Source: Macrostomum hystrix (lineage: Eukaryota > Animalia > Platyhelminthes). From it: a stretch of DNA of 64,000 bases. Of the stretch, positions 23,348-36,365 are shown in pieces; position 1 is the stretch's first letter, and every line of letters begins with the position of its first letter. The translations under genes and the position numbers were made by a program. The notes below the pieces were generated by a model. The model saw nothing but the letters and a program-made list of their open reading frames with translations, was not told where the DNA came from and searched no databases. The DNA is taken from assembly GCA_950097015.1 (NCBI GenBank), contig CATNEN010000030.1:1426001-1490000 (forward strand), written 5' to 3'.

Positions 23348-26300
23348 TCAGCCTGTTAGCTCAAGCGCAACCCGTCCGCTATCATCCTCGAAGTCAATCT
23401 GCGCCAATAGTTGACGCAACTCATCTGAAGCAGCTGTAGTCGCAGTATTCAACTCTTTACGATTGGTCGTCAGTTCCATGGCGGCGAGCGCTGTGGCTGA
23501 AGTGGCTGCCGCCGCGGCGCCAACTGAGCTCCGGCCGCAGCGATTTATTCGAGCCTCGAGTCTAGCAACGGATGCGTCCCTGACAACTAGGCTATTATTG
23601 GCATCGTCTAAGGCCTGGTGCAGGACTTGAATTTCGTGTTCAAGTGAGCTGGCTCGCTTCTCAGCCGCTTGCAAATCCCTAATTAAAGAGAAGGAATCGC
23701 AGCAAAGGTTTCAGTGAGATATGTATTGGGATACTGTCAGTGGGATCTGTATTTGGATACTGTCAGTGGGATTCTGTATTGGGATACTGTCAGTGGGATC
23801 TGTATTTGGATACTGTCAGTGGGATTCTGTATTGGGATACTGTCAGTGGGATCTGTATTGGGATATTATATATGGGATCTGTATTAGGATGCTGTCAGTG
23901 GGATCTGTATTGGGATATTATATATGGGATCTGTATTAGGATGCTGTCAGTGGGATCTGTATTGGTATATTATCTATGGGATCTGTATTAGGATACTGTC
24001 AGTGGGATCCTGTACTGGGCTGCTGATATTGGGATTCTACTAATGAATAGGAGCACTCACCTGGCTGACTCAGCGGCAGCTACCCTGGCTGTCTCCAGCT
24101 GGGCCCGCAGGCTGGCCGCCTCAGTCGAGTGCCGCTCTTCGGCCCGGCGCAGCTCTTCAGCTCGTCGTTGACGCTCAACGGCTGCCTCGGCCTGAGCCTG
24201 ACGATGCCCGGCAGCAACCCGGCTCTCGGCATGGACCAGCGCGGACTTGGACGCCGTCAGGTCGTCGGACAGCTGGCGCCGTTCGGCTAGCAAGGACTCG
24301 GTGGCTTTGGTTAGCCGGCCAATGTCTGCTTCCTTCTGTGCCAGCTCACCGTGTGCGGCGTCCACGACTGAAGTCAGCTCCTTGACGCGACGCCGAATAG
24401 TCGAGTATTCCTGTGCCGTGAGAAAGCGGTAGAGATAGTCGGCATTAAAACCACAATAGAAGATCTTTGGAGAAATCACAAGAGGCAGGATAGAAAGATA
24501 GAAATCCCTAGAGGCTCAATAAATAAATCCCCAAAGATCCTCAATATAGAAGTCCCCCTAGATCCTCAATATAGAAGTCCCCCTAGATCCTCAATATAGA
24601 AGTCCCCCTAGATCCTCAATATAGAAGTCCCACTAGATCCTCAATATAGAAGTCCCACTAGATACTCAATATAGAAGTCCCCCTAAATCCTCAATATAGA
24701 AGTCCCACAACATGCTCAATATAGAAATCCCACAAGATCCTCAATATAGAAGTCCCCATAGATCCTCTATATAGAAGTCCCACTAGACGCTCAATATAGA
24801 AATCCCACAAGATCCTCAATATAGAAGTCCCACTAGATCCTCATAGAAGTCCCCCTAAATCCTCAATATAGAAGTCCCACAACATGCTCAATATAGAAAT
24901 CCCACAAGATCCTCAATATAGAAGTCCCCATAGATCCTCTATATAGAAGTCCCACTAGATGCTCGATATAGAAGTACCCATAGATCCTCAATATAGAAGT
25001 CCCCCTAGATCCTCAATATAGAAGTCCCACTAGATACTCAATATAGAAGTCCACTATAGACAGTCTATAATTAGCAACAATTAGCAAGTACAAGCTAAAA
25101 GTACACAGGTAGGTTTCCGAGCGAGCTGCAGAGCTTACCTGGCTCAGCTGCTTGAGCTTGGCCTCCGCCTCAGCCAACAGATCCGCCCGCTCGCTGGCTT
25201 GCGGTCTCCAGCGTCGCCGCTCGGCCAGCCTCAGTCTTGGCGCGCCGTCTGGCCTCTTTAAGCTCGGCGCGCAGACCAGCCGACTCTTCGGCTAGCCGGC
25301 GGACGTCGGCCTCCCGTCGGGTTTCGGCCTCGCGAAGGCGGTCCCTACAGGCGGCCAGCTGTTCGCCGGACACTGTGAGTTGGCCGCGCAGTTCGGCCAG
25401 CTGGCCGGAGAGATCCTGGGCTGAGCTGCGCTGCTTCTGAGCTGACTGCTCCTGCTCCGATAGTCTATGGTGGAACGGAGCGATCAACGTATTAAACTAA
25501 ATTCCCATAAAATCATAGGAAGAATGGGAGTTGTAACAGCTTGTAATAAAAACTGCACAAATATTATTATTTTTCGAAGGGCTCTGACACATTATTTGGT
25601 GACACTTGACCTGCGGCAAGCGAGGCAATTCTGCCCATGAATACTGAGATACTGAACGCAGGCACACGCTTACACAGGTGTTTACATCTGCCTGAAATTC
25701 TCATCGTCAGGCAGGGTACACTCTGACTGTGCCTGGTAGATACGCCCTCAAAAGCGTAATTTGCACGACAAGCCCCCAAGCCGTCTTTTCATGGCTGCGC
25801 CACAAATGAATGTCGCCTTGCAGCGGAATCGAGCTCAGGGACCTTGGTGCGAGAGGCGAACGGATTAACAGTAGAATGACCGGGGTATTTCAAATACCCA
25901 CACTTTTCTTTTTTTGCATCTCCTAAAATATTAAACCAATCGGTATAAAAATCCAGAACACGGCCCAAAATTTTCCGCTATCAGATAAAACAACTTCCAG
26001 AATCACAAAACATCGGCATTGTCGAGATATTCAACGATTCTCGTCGGGGGTGTCTGGTGGCAAAAACCACCAATATAGGCTTACTTTTTCTGATCAAAAA
26101 ATTTCATAATGGAACCATGTCGGCTAAAAGTACACAGGTAGGTTTCCGAGCGAGCTGCAGAGCTTACCTGATATGTCGGCTTATTAATAATAATAATAAT
26201 TGACACCAGAGCCAAGGGCCAGTGCAGGTGTTGTGTGTCAAGCACACTAGCAGGTGGGGACTGCACACCTATTGTACTCCCCGGCTCTCTCGGACACCGG

Positions 26301-29300
26301 TTGACAGCCGCGTGTCAGCAATGGAATTTAGTTTTTTCCAAACATATCGGCAGCATCCGAACCATACTGAATTGCCGCACAGAACTGCTTTAGTCCACGC
26401 CAGCCGGAATTATTATTACCCGACGAAATGTCGGTATTCATTTGCAGCTGAGTAGACTGTGTGCACATCAGGGCAAAGCAGCTTGCCAAAGGCTGCACGT
26501 CTAGTTCTAGACTAGGTCGGGAGTCGAACCCAGGACCATCTGATCCAGAGTCCGATACCTTACTGACTGAGCTATCCGCTCTGCCGGCTTATATTATTAT
26601 TGATATAAATATTATTCATCAACTATAAATAAATATTATTGATTATATTACATTGATTGTATTGTCAATTATTACAAGATTAAATTAATATGGACTCGTC
26701 AAAGAGGATTTGCACAGAGCAATGTTTGTTGTTCTTGTCACGAGGGTCTTCGACAATAATCGCTGAATATCTCGACGATGCTGACGTCGGACGGGTTTGA
26801 AAGTTAGTTCATTGTTATTAAGGGCAGAAAATTTCGAGCCATATTGTGGACTTTCACGAAAATCGGTCATTCGGCTTGGAAGCTGTCGTGATATTGAAAT
26901 ACACTCAAAATGGAAATTAGTCTATGAATTAGAAGACAAACCAAGTCGTACAAAGAGGTTTAGAGTTCGAATCTCAGCACCCCCAGAAGTCTATCGCTTT
27001 GCCACCGGCTGAGCACATGGCCCAAACTGCGTAAGCTAAAGTCTTCTCTATTCTATCGCGATTTAACTTAAGTGGGAAGAATCAAAGAGAGTCTCACCTG
27101 ACAGTCAGCTGTTGCGCCTCCCTCTGCAGCGTCTCGGCCTCCTGTCGCGCCTGCAGAGCCTCCGTGGCCGACCTGGCTGCCAGATCTTCAGCCGAGCGCA
27201 ACTGTCGCTCCAAATCGCGCACCGCCTTCTCCCGCTTGTCCGCCTGGGCCTTCAAAGCCAGCCGTTCGGCATCCAGCTCGCCGAGGCGCTCCTCGGATCG
27301 TCGGGCCCATCGACGATTCTCTTCGGCCTCTTCTGAGCTGGCTCGGAGGACGCGACTCCAAATCGGCGCGCTGCTTGGCCTCGCGTTTGGCCTCCTCTTC
27401 TAGTCGGGCGGCGCGGTCTTCGCTGGCTAGAGCCCGCTCCTGCAGCCTGGCCAGCTCCGACTGGCATTCTTGAAGTCTGGCGCGGAGGCTGTCAGCGGCC
27501 TGACTGGGCTCGCTGGGCCTGCGACTGCAGCGCCGTCCGCTGCTGCTCGGCCTGGCGATGCGCGGTGCGCTCCGAGCACAGCTGCAGCTCGCGCTCGCCC
27601 AGCTGCTCCTGGAGCTCGGATCGCTCAGCTTCCAGGGCGCTCTGGCGGGCTCGGCTGGACCGAAGCTCGGCCGACTGGCGCTCCCGATCCGACTCGGACT
27701 GGCGCAGGGCCGACTGGCACTGGTGGTTTGGGGAGCGAGGGTTGGGTGAATGGCTCGGTAAACTCTGGGGTATGACTGGGTGAATGGCTTGGGGTTGGTT
27801 GGCTGAATAGCTGTGGATGGCTTGGTGAATGGCTAATGACATTGACAAGCTAGTGAATGGCTAATGAATGGCTAAATGGCTAATGAATGGCTGAATGGCT
27901 AATGAATGGCTAATGAATGGCTAAATGGCTAATGAATGGCTAAATGGCTAAATGGCTAATGAATGGCTAATGAATGGCTGAATGGCTAATGAATGGGCAA
28001 TGAATGGCTGAATGGCTAATGAATGGGCAATGAATGGCTAAATGGCTAATGAATGGGCAATGAATGGCTAAATGGCTAATGAATGGGCAATGAATGGCTA
28101 AATGGCTAATGAATGGCTAAATGGCTAATGAATGGCTAAATGGCTAATGAATGGCTAATTAATGGCTAAATGGCTAATAAATGGCTAAATGGCTAATGAA
28201 TGGCTGAATGGCTAATGAATGGCTGAATGGCTAATGAATGGCTAAATGGCTATTGAATGGGCAATGAATGGCTATTTGGTAATTTTTCTCACCTGCTTCA
28301 ATGCAGCCTCCGCCTCGGCCAACTTGGAGGTCCGATCCGCCAACTGGCCAACCGTCCGCTCGTGAATAGTCTTAAGATTGGCCGTCTCGGACAGGCAGGC
28401 GGTCAAGGCCTCCTCGAGTTCGGCCACCCGGCCGGAGGCAGCGTCGGCGCGAGATTCCAGTTCGGCCATCGCGGCCTGGCTGGCTTCGGCTAAGCGGCCA
28501 ATCTCCGATTCCATCGCCGCCAACTTCTTTTCGGCTGTTCGAGCCGCCTGGCTTAGGTCGCGGTTCTCGCGGGCCAGCTCAGATAGACGGCGTTCGGCAT
28601 CTGCCACCGCCATTCTGGTCGACTGTGGGAGACAGTTTTTAATCTTGGCCCATTACCCTCATCTGGCCAATTACCTGCTACCCTCACCTGGCCTATTACA
28701 TGCTACCCTCACCTGGCCAATTACCTGCTACCCTCACCTGGCTTATTACCTGCTACCCTCACCTGGCCAATTACCTGCTACCCTCACCTGGCCTATTACC
28801 TGCTACCCTCATCTGGCCTATTACCTGCTACCCTCATCTGGCCTATTACATGCTACCCTCACCTGGCCAATTACCTGCTACCCTCATCTGGCCAATTACC
28901 TGCTACCCTCATCTGGCCAATTACCTGCTACCCTCATCTGGCCAATTACCTGCTACCCTCACCTGGCCAATTACCTGCTACCCTCACCTGGCCTATTACC
29001 TGCTACCCTCATCTGGCCTATTACCTGCTACCCTCATCTGGCCTATTACATGCTACCCTCACCTGGCCAATTACCTGCTACCCTCATCTGGCCAATTACC
29101 TGCTACCCTCACCTGGCCAATTACCTGCTACCCTCACCTGGCCTATTACCTGTTACCCTCATCTGGCCTATTACCTGCTACCCTCATCTGGCCTATTACA
29201 TGCTACCCTCACCTGGCCAATTACCTGCTACCCTCACCTGGCCTATTACCTGCTACCCTCAACTGGCCAATTACCTGTTACCCTCACCTGGCCTATTACC

Positions 29301-31792
29301 TGTTACCCTCACCTGGCCTATTACCTGTTACCCTCACCTGGCCTACTACCTATTACCCTCACCTGGCCTATTACCCATTACCCTCACCTGGCCTATTACC
29401 TGTTACCCTCACCTGCAACTCAGCCTTGCAAGCCTCGGTGGCAGCCTCAGCCAGCTCCAGCTGGTCACTCCGCTGTCCGGCCAATCTGGCCGCCTCCTCG
29501 AGCTCCGACTGCAGTTTGGCAATGCGCGACTCGGCAGCTGACAACAGCTGGTCGCCTTTGGCAACGCTGACAGAGGCGCGTTTCAAATCCGTGTCGCGTC
29601 GAAGCAGACGACGCTGGCATAAGCGCAGCTCATCGGCCAGGGCAGACGATGACGCAATCTGAAATGGGAGAATGACGCAATGGCAAGTTAGTGGGAACTG
29701 TTTCGTTTAAGTTTATAAAATGTGAGGGTGACATGTTACTAGAGCAATCCATAGTCGGCCCCACAAACCTGAGTCTCCAACTCGGCAATTCTGGCATCCT
29801 TCGCCGCCAGTCTGGCCTCAGCCGCGCCAAGCTCGCATTCGACACGCCCTCGAGCCGCCTCGGCCGTCTGGGCCGAGCGTTCGCTAGCCGCGGTCAGTTC
29901 GGCCAAACGCGCCTTCAACTTGTCGACTTTGTCGCGCAGTCTGGCAGCCTCGGCCTCGTAATGGTCGCGGCACTGGTCGCTAGTCGCCGAGTCCTCTAAA
30001 CGCTTCTCAACAGCCAGTCGCTTTGAAACTTCCTCGTCGGCTCGGCGCGCTTCCCGCTGCACGCAGCCGGCCCGCTCGGCTGCCAGCCGTTCAGCGGCCT
30101 GGCGTAGCTCCTCCGACTCGGCTAGTCGACGCAACAGATCGTTGCGCTCGGCTCCGTCCGCAGCCAGCTGACGCTCCAGATCGGCTAAGCGTGACTGGCA
30201 CCGAGCCAGAGACGCTTCCGACCGGCCGAGCGCCTGGCGCAGTCGGACCTGCTCGGCAACGTGGCCGGAGACGCGCGATTCGAGCTCCTGACGTCCGGCA
30301 TCCCGGCCAGACAGTTGCTCCTGGAGGTGCGCCACCTGAATGCGAATCAGTAAGGCTTTAAGTTAATCTGCAGGTGGATACACTGATTTTTCTGAGGGTT
30401 CTGCTAACGCACTCTCGAGCACACACTCGCCAACTAACCTTGGCGCGCAGTTCGGCCAACTCGGTCAAATCCTTCGCCGCGGCGTCGGCTTCGTCGCGCA
30501 GCATCCGCAATTCGCAATCGGATTGGCCGGCTTTTAATCGAAGTTCGCGAGCCTCGGCGCGCAGCATCTCGGCAGCGTCTAGGCTCTGCTGGAGCTTGGC
30601 GCGCCACTCGGATTCAGCCTGGTCCAGCTGCCGGTTCAGCTTGCGGTTCTGAGTCTCCAACTCGTCCAGCTGCTCCTGCCAATGCGGATGGAATTGTTTG
30701 GATGCTATGAATATCTAGCTATGAGTTAGCTTCATGTCACTGAATGCTGCACATTTGTCATTGATGTCACTAAAGTATGTCACTTTTTGCTGTGCCTTTG
30801 TGATTGGTGTCATTACAGCATGTCACTCCTTGCTTTGTCATTAGTGGCTCCACAAACAGCATGTCACTCCTAGCTTTGTCATTAGTGGCTCCACAAACAG
30901 CATGTCACTCCTTGCTTTGTCATTAGCGTCACCACAAACAGCATGTCACTCCTAGCTTTGTCATTAGCGTCACCACAAACAGCATGTCACTCCTAGCTTT
31001 GTCATTAGCGTCACCACAAACAGCATGTCACTCCTTGCTTTGTCATTAGCGTCACCACAAACAGCATGTCACTCCTTGCTTTGTCATTAGCGTCACCAAA
31101 AACAGCATGTCACTCCTAGCTTTGTCATTAGCGTCACCACAAACAGCATGTCACTCCTAGCTTTGTCATTAGCGTCACCACAAACAGCATGTCACTCCTT
31201 AGCTTTGTCATTAGCGTCACCACAAACAGCATGTCACTCCTTGCTTTGTCATTAGCGTCACCACAAACAGCATGTCACTCCTAGCTGCCTCCAAGCATCC
31301 AACCTTGTAAGTCTCGACTCCGTTAGCCGCCCCAGCCTGCTTGGCGTCCAAGTCCAGTTTGCGCATGCGAGACTGCAGTCGGGACAATTCCCAGGACAGC
31401 TTCTCCAGGTTAGTCAGCAGCTGGTGATTTTGCCGAACCAGCTCAGAATTCTCGTCCCGAGTCTCAGCCAGTCTGCGACGCAGCAAACTATTGTCCACGT
31501 CAACAGCCGACATTGGTGGCAGTTGTTTTAGCTGGTGCTGCTGCTGCTGAGGCGGTGGCTGCTGCTGTCGAAATCGACTACCCAGTGTTGCTTCCGTGGT
31601 TTGAAATTTCGACAAAGCCAAGAGTGTGACCAGCGACACTGACTGAGCATCATCGTCGATGTCTGGCAGGTCGCCAGCTGCTGCTGTTTCTGCTGCTCCG
31701 GCTCCATTTGTCGGAGTAGAGGTGCTTAAATCGTGTCGTCGTTTGGCAGCAGAAGCCGACAGTGTCGAATGCAGAGGCGCTGCCTGCAGCAT
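23348..31792 (-). CDS. Long coiled-coil protein, CCDC18-like; exons 31304-31792, 30439-30675, 29769-30335, 29413-29658, 28293-28622, 27098-27719, 25139-25464, 24061-24410, 23348-23678
   Basis: All introns are GT-AG and phases are consistent once three single extra bases (27506-8, 27348-9, 25199-200) are removed. LRRRLAETRDENSELVRQNHQLLTNLEKLSWEL recalls the CCDC18 N-terminal coil (from memory, unverified). Confidence 0.7.
23715..24020. repeat. About 26-bp minisatellite CTGTATTGGGATACTGTCAGTGGGAT (intronic)
   Basis: Seen directly. Confidence 0.9.
24530..25055. repeat. 25-bp minisatellite CCTCAATATAGAAGTCCC[C/A]CTAGAT (intronic)
   Basis: Seen directly. Confidence 0.95.
25590..25875 (-). mobile_element. 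tRNA-derived SINE, family B
   Basis: Homologous to 12760-13075, with the degenerate B-box GAGCTCGATTCC. Confidence 0.6.
26185..26584 (-). mobile_element. Full-length tRNA/CORE-type SINE (family C) with (TTA)n tail and candidate 8-bp TSD CGGCTTAT (26177-26184 and 26585-26592)
   Basis: Head GCGGATAGCTCAGTCAGT...GGTTCGACTCC (A and B boxes), CORE-like CCTTTGGCAAG...CTACTCAGCTGCAAATG, and a trinucleotide tail. Confidence 0.75.
27830..28275. repeat. AATGGCTAATG/AATGGCTA satellite (intronic)
   Basis: Seen directly. Confidence 0.9.
28630..29412. repeat. 25-bp minisatellite built from the 5' splice site (sense CAGGTGAGGGTAGCAGGTAATAGGC), about 31 copies
   Basis: The first copy is the genuine donor of exon 29413-29658. 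Confidence 0.95.
30815..31285. repeat. 41-bp minisatellite CAGCATGTCACTCCTAGCTTTGTCATTAGCGTCACCACAAA (intronic)
   Basis: Seen directly, about 11 copies. Confidence 0.95.
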
Positions 31793-32319
31793 AGCTTATT
31801 GCGCTAATGAGTTTACTTCACTATGCCACCGACAAACTGGCTTGCTGATTAGTAGAAGCGCTAGAAGGAGTTTTAACGACATGGCTAATTTAAATCCACG
31901 ATGCGAAATCTCTAAGATCAGTCTGACCGGTTTTTCAGTCTAATTAAGATACCATTTGCATTATTTCTTGAACTTCCTGAACTAAATGAGCAAAATTGGG
32001 CACCTTTAAGATTACAGGCAACAGTTTTAGCATAAGCGTGTATATAAAATACCTAAAAAATGTACAGCCAGTGGCAATCGCAGCTTTTCAAAGGCGCTTT
32101 AAACTTTGCGATGTCACGCAAAGTAGAATTTGCGACTCTATTTTGCGATCGTAAAATCCCACTTGATGACGCTTTCGTAACACGCCAGGCTCCTACACTC
32201 CTAAAAGAATAACGAAACATTCCCTCCTTAGTCGACCGCGTTAGGATAGGACCGCGTTATAACTAAAATCGCTCCGAACTACAAACACTTGTTTACAATA
32301 TGCATTTAAGCTAGGACAT

Positions 32320-32955
32320 TCTTGACTCCTAGTTCTTGACTCCTAGTTCTGGACTCCAAAGTCCTAGCTTCATAGTTCTTGACTGCAAAGTCCTAGCTTC
32401 ATAGTTCTTGACTCCAAAGTCCTAGCTTCATAGTTCTTGACTCCAAAGTCCTAGCTTCATAGTTCTTGACTCCAAAGTCCTAGCTTCATAGTTCTTGACT
32501 CCAAAGTCCTAGTTTCATAGTTCTTGACTCCAAATTCCTAGCTTCATAGTTCTTGACTCCAAAGTCCTAGCTTCATAGTTCTTGACTCCAAAGTCCTAGC
32601 TTCATAGTTCTTGACTCCAAAGTCCTAGTTTCATAGTTCTTGACTCCAAAGTCCTAGCTTCATAGTTCTTGAATCCAAAGTCCTAGCTTCATAGTTCTTG
32701 ACTCCAAAGTCCTAGCTTCATAGTTCTTGACTCCAAAGTCCTAGCTTCATAGTTCTTGACTCCAAAGTCCTAGTTTCATAGTTCTTGACTCCAAAGTGCT
32801 AGCTTCATAGTTCTTGACTCCAAAGTCCTAGCTTCATAGTTCTGGACTCCAAAGTCCTAGTTTCATAGTTCTTGACTCCAAAGTCCTAGCTTCATAGTTC
32901 TTGACTCCAAAGTCCTAGTTTCATAGTTCTTGACTCCAAAGTCCTAGTTTCATAG
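32320..32955. repeat. 29-bp minisatellite ATAGTTCTTGACTCCAAAGTCCTAGCTTC
   Basis: Seen directly, about 21 copies. Confidence 0.95.
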
Positions 32956-33318
32956 CACTGTCGTGCAATGACTTTCATTGTGCATAGCAAGTACACTGCC
33001 CTAGGTGGTTAGCTGACACTTTCGATCCGTTTGTTAGTTCTCATTTTACCCATGGTATTCGTTGCGTAGTCATTCAATAATTAAATTCAGTCAAAAATAA
33101 ATTTATATAATAGTCGTTGTTAAACGCAATCTAATGCACTAAATAAAATGAGCAATTTCATGTACAAAGACAGGGGGTCATCAAACCCTTTAAAGACAAG
33201 TACAGGGTTCGCTTACTCAAGTCCAAGACCTTTGCCGTGTCAGATAAGCATTCACTGTGCATTTCTACGTACTTTTGTGCGCAAAAAATATATTAAACTG
33301 TCCCGAAATCCAGAAGAA

Positions 33319-34021
33319 TTAGACATTTTCAAGACTGGCGCGATGAAAGCCTTGGCGACCGATGAAAACTGGATTATCATAGCCGCCGCTAATTCCTAAT
33401 CCTGACCCAACAACAGCAGCAACGGGCGGCCGTAGCTTATCTCGCTGCTCTGTCGTGATCGATGCCGACGGAGACACAGCCAGATGCGCCGGGATAAAGC
33501 TGGCGGCAGGCAGAGGCGACGCGGCGGTGTGAAATTCGGTCAAGAAACGGCTGCGCCTTCCGGTGCGCAATCTGGGCTGCGATGCGGGCTGTTGTACTAT
33601 CTATTGACGTATCAGACGATGAGGTCAACGAAGCATCGTCGTCGTCCTCGACGCTGATGGAAGATTCAGCGTCGCCGTCCAATCGGATAGTCGGATTGGA
33701 GTCGCCAGTCAAGTGTGGGGTTAGACTGATAACAGCAGCCGATGCAGAGTCTCCACTATTGGCTACTCCAGGATGCTGCTGCTGTTGCTGTATACCCTGC
33801 TTCCGGCGATGTCGACGCTTCCTGTGCCTACTGCGACAGCCGCGAACGGCTACGATGCCACAGTGCACTATGAAAGTTAGTAATATGACGCCAACTAGGG
33901 TGCCTAGAAACATAAACACGGCCAGGATTGGGTCGCCACTCTCCAGCTCATCTCTGTACGGTGTGCTGTCCGTTTCGGGATAATCTGTGTCGCAATTCAG
34001 CCATGACTGGGTGCCGCCCAT
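33319..34021 (-). CDS. Orphan single-pass membrane protein, about 233 aa after removing one base at 33556-33557
   Basis: Hydrophobic ILAVFMFLGTLVGVILLTFIVHCGIVAV, a basic stop-transfer segment and a Ser/Asp-rich tail. The corrected frame ends ...GGYDNPVFIG... Confidence 0.6.
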
Positions 34022-34609
34022 TGTGGCGAGCCTTTTGTCCGATTTTAGCTTAGTTAAGTTGCCAGATTTTGAATTTCAGTTGAAGCCCACAATTTCCTAC
34101 TGGATTTTATAGCCTTTCTGGTGAGAGAATAATTTATCCCTTCCGGTTTGCTTTTCAAGAGACGAGATTTCTTTTGGGAGAATTTCGGACACGCGAAGAC
34201 GCCACACCCGCGTTTAATCGCAATTGTGCGCTGGGATTTTTTTAACAAAGAGAACTGTTCCCAATAAATACTAGGGCTTGCAGCCAGAGAGAAAAAACAA
34301 TTAAATCTAAAATGCCTTTCTCTGACATCGCCTTACTTTGAGTACTTCCCTTACTGGGAAATTTGGAATGCGAGATTAGTGAGAATCAGCCCGCCTCACC
34401 TAGAGATTATCTAAGCAGCGCATGAACTCAAATCGCCCAAAGATAATCCGCAGCAGGGTTGGCCAACATTTGATCACAAAACAACAGCTTTCCTAGAATT
34501 TACTAGCAAAGTTACAACAAGAGCACTCAAAATTCACCAAAAAATCCTTCTATACTATTTGAGAGTGACTTCGTTTTTTGTGGTTGTACTCTTGAAGGAA
34601 CTAGGTGAG

Positions 34610-36148
34610 AGGAACAGCTGAGTCACTGAAGGACTAAAGAGAGAGGGGGAACAGCTGACACATTTAATGACTAGATCAATGGAACAGCTGACACATTTAA
34701 TGACTACATCAAGGGAACAGCTGACACATTAATTGACAAGATCAAGGGAACAGCTGACACATTGAAGGACTAGATCAAGGGAACAGATGACACATTGAAG
34801 GATTAGATCAAGGGAACAGATGACACATTGAAGGACTAGATCAAGGGAACAGATGACACATTGCAGGACTAGATCAAGGGAACAGCTGACACATTTAATG
34901 ACTAGATCAAGGGAACAGCTGACACATTGAAGGACTAGATCAAGGGAACAGCTGACACATTGAAGGACTAGATCAAGGGAACAGATGACACATTGAAGGA
35001 CTAGATCAAGGGAACAGCTGACACATTGAAGGACTAGATCAAGGGAACAGCTGACACATTGAAGGACTAGATCAAGGGAACAGCTGACACATTTAATGAC
35101 TAGATCAAGGGAACAGCTGACACATTGAAGGATTAGATCAAGGGAACAGCTGACACATTGAAGGACTAGATCAAGGGAACAGCTGACACATTGCAGGACT
35201 AGATCAAGGGAACAGCTGACACATTTAATGACTAGATCAAGGGAACAGCTGACACATTGAAGGACTAGATCAAGGGAACAGCTGACACATTGAAGGACTA
35301 GATCAAGGGAACAGATGACACATTGAAGGACTAGATCAAGGGAACAGCTGACACATTGAAGGACTAGATCAAGGGAACAGATGACACATTGAAGGACTAG
35401 ATCAAGGGAACAGCTGACACATTGAAGGACTAGATCAAGGGAACAGCTGACACATTGAAGGATTAGATCAAGGGAACAGCTGACACATTGAAGGATAAGA
35501 TCAAGGGAACAGCTGACACATTGAAGGACAAGATCAATAGAACAGCTGACACATTGAAGGACTAGATCAAGGGAACAGCTGACACATTGAAGGACTAGAT
35601 CAAGGGAACAGATGACACATTGAAGGACTAGATCAAGGGAACAGCTGACACATTTAATGACTAGATCAAGGGAACAGCTGACACATTGAAGGATTAGATC
35701 AAGGGAACAGCTGACACATTTAATGACTAGATCAAGGGAACAGCTGACACATTGAAGGACTAGATCAAGGGAACAGCTGACACATTAAAGGACTAGATCA
35801 AGGGAACAGCTGACACATTGAAGGACTAGATCAAGGGAACAGCTGACACATTGAAGGACTAGATCAAGGGAACAGCTGACACATTGAAGGACTAGATCAA
35901 GGGAACAGCTGACACATTGAAGGATTAGATCAAGGGAACAGCTGACACATTGAAGGATTAGATCAAGGGAACAGCTGACACATTGAAGGACAAGATCAAG
36001 GGAACAGCTGACACATTGAAGGACTAGATCAAGGGAACAGATGACACATTGAAGGACAAGATCAAGGGAACAGCTGACACATTGAAGGATTAGATCAAGG
36101 GAACAGTTGACACATTGAAGGATTAGATCAAGGGAATAGCTGACACCC
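34610..36148. repeat. 33-bp minisatellite GGGAACAGCTGACACATTGAAGGACTAGATCAA, about 46 copies
   Basis: Seen directly. Confidence 0.95.
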
Positions 36149-36365
36149 TAAAAGTATACATAACTTATAAAAAAAGAACTAAAATAACACTAAACAAATA
36201 GCAGGAAAAACAGAATGTCAATCGAATTTACTTTCATGCATTTAACAAATGTTAAACAACTGCTCGCAAGATTAGAAAATGCTTTCGCATAATTGCAAAA
36301 AACGAATTGCATTACTACTCTTACTACTAATATGACTATTTAAGTAGGCATGAATGCAAATCAGT

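Noticed and set aside
26513-26584. tRNA genes (also 7738, 44335, 44645, 52158)
   Set aside because: A and B boxes are present but the acceptor stems do not close, and most run into shared SINE bodies.
25199-27508. Programmed +1 ribosomal frameshifting in the coiled-coil gene
   Set aside because: There is no shared slippery or stop motif among the sites, and the pattern matches sequencing insertion bias.
34610-36148. CRISPR-like appearance of 29-41-bp repeats
   Set aside because: The units are head-to-tail with no unique spacers, there are no cas genes, and the context is eukaryotic.
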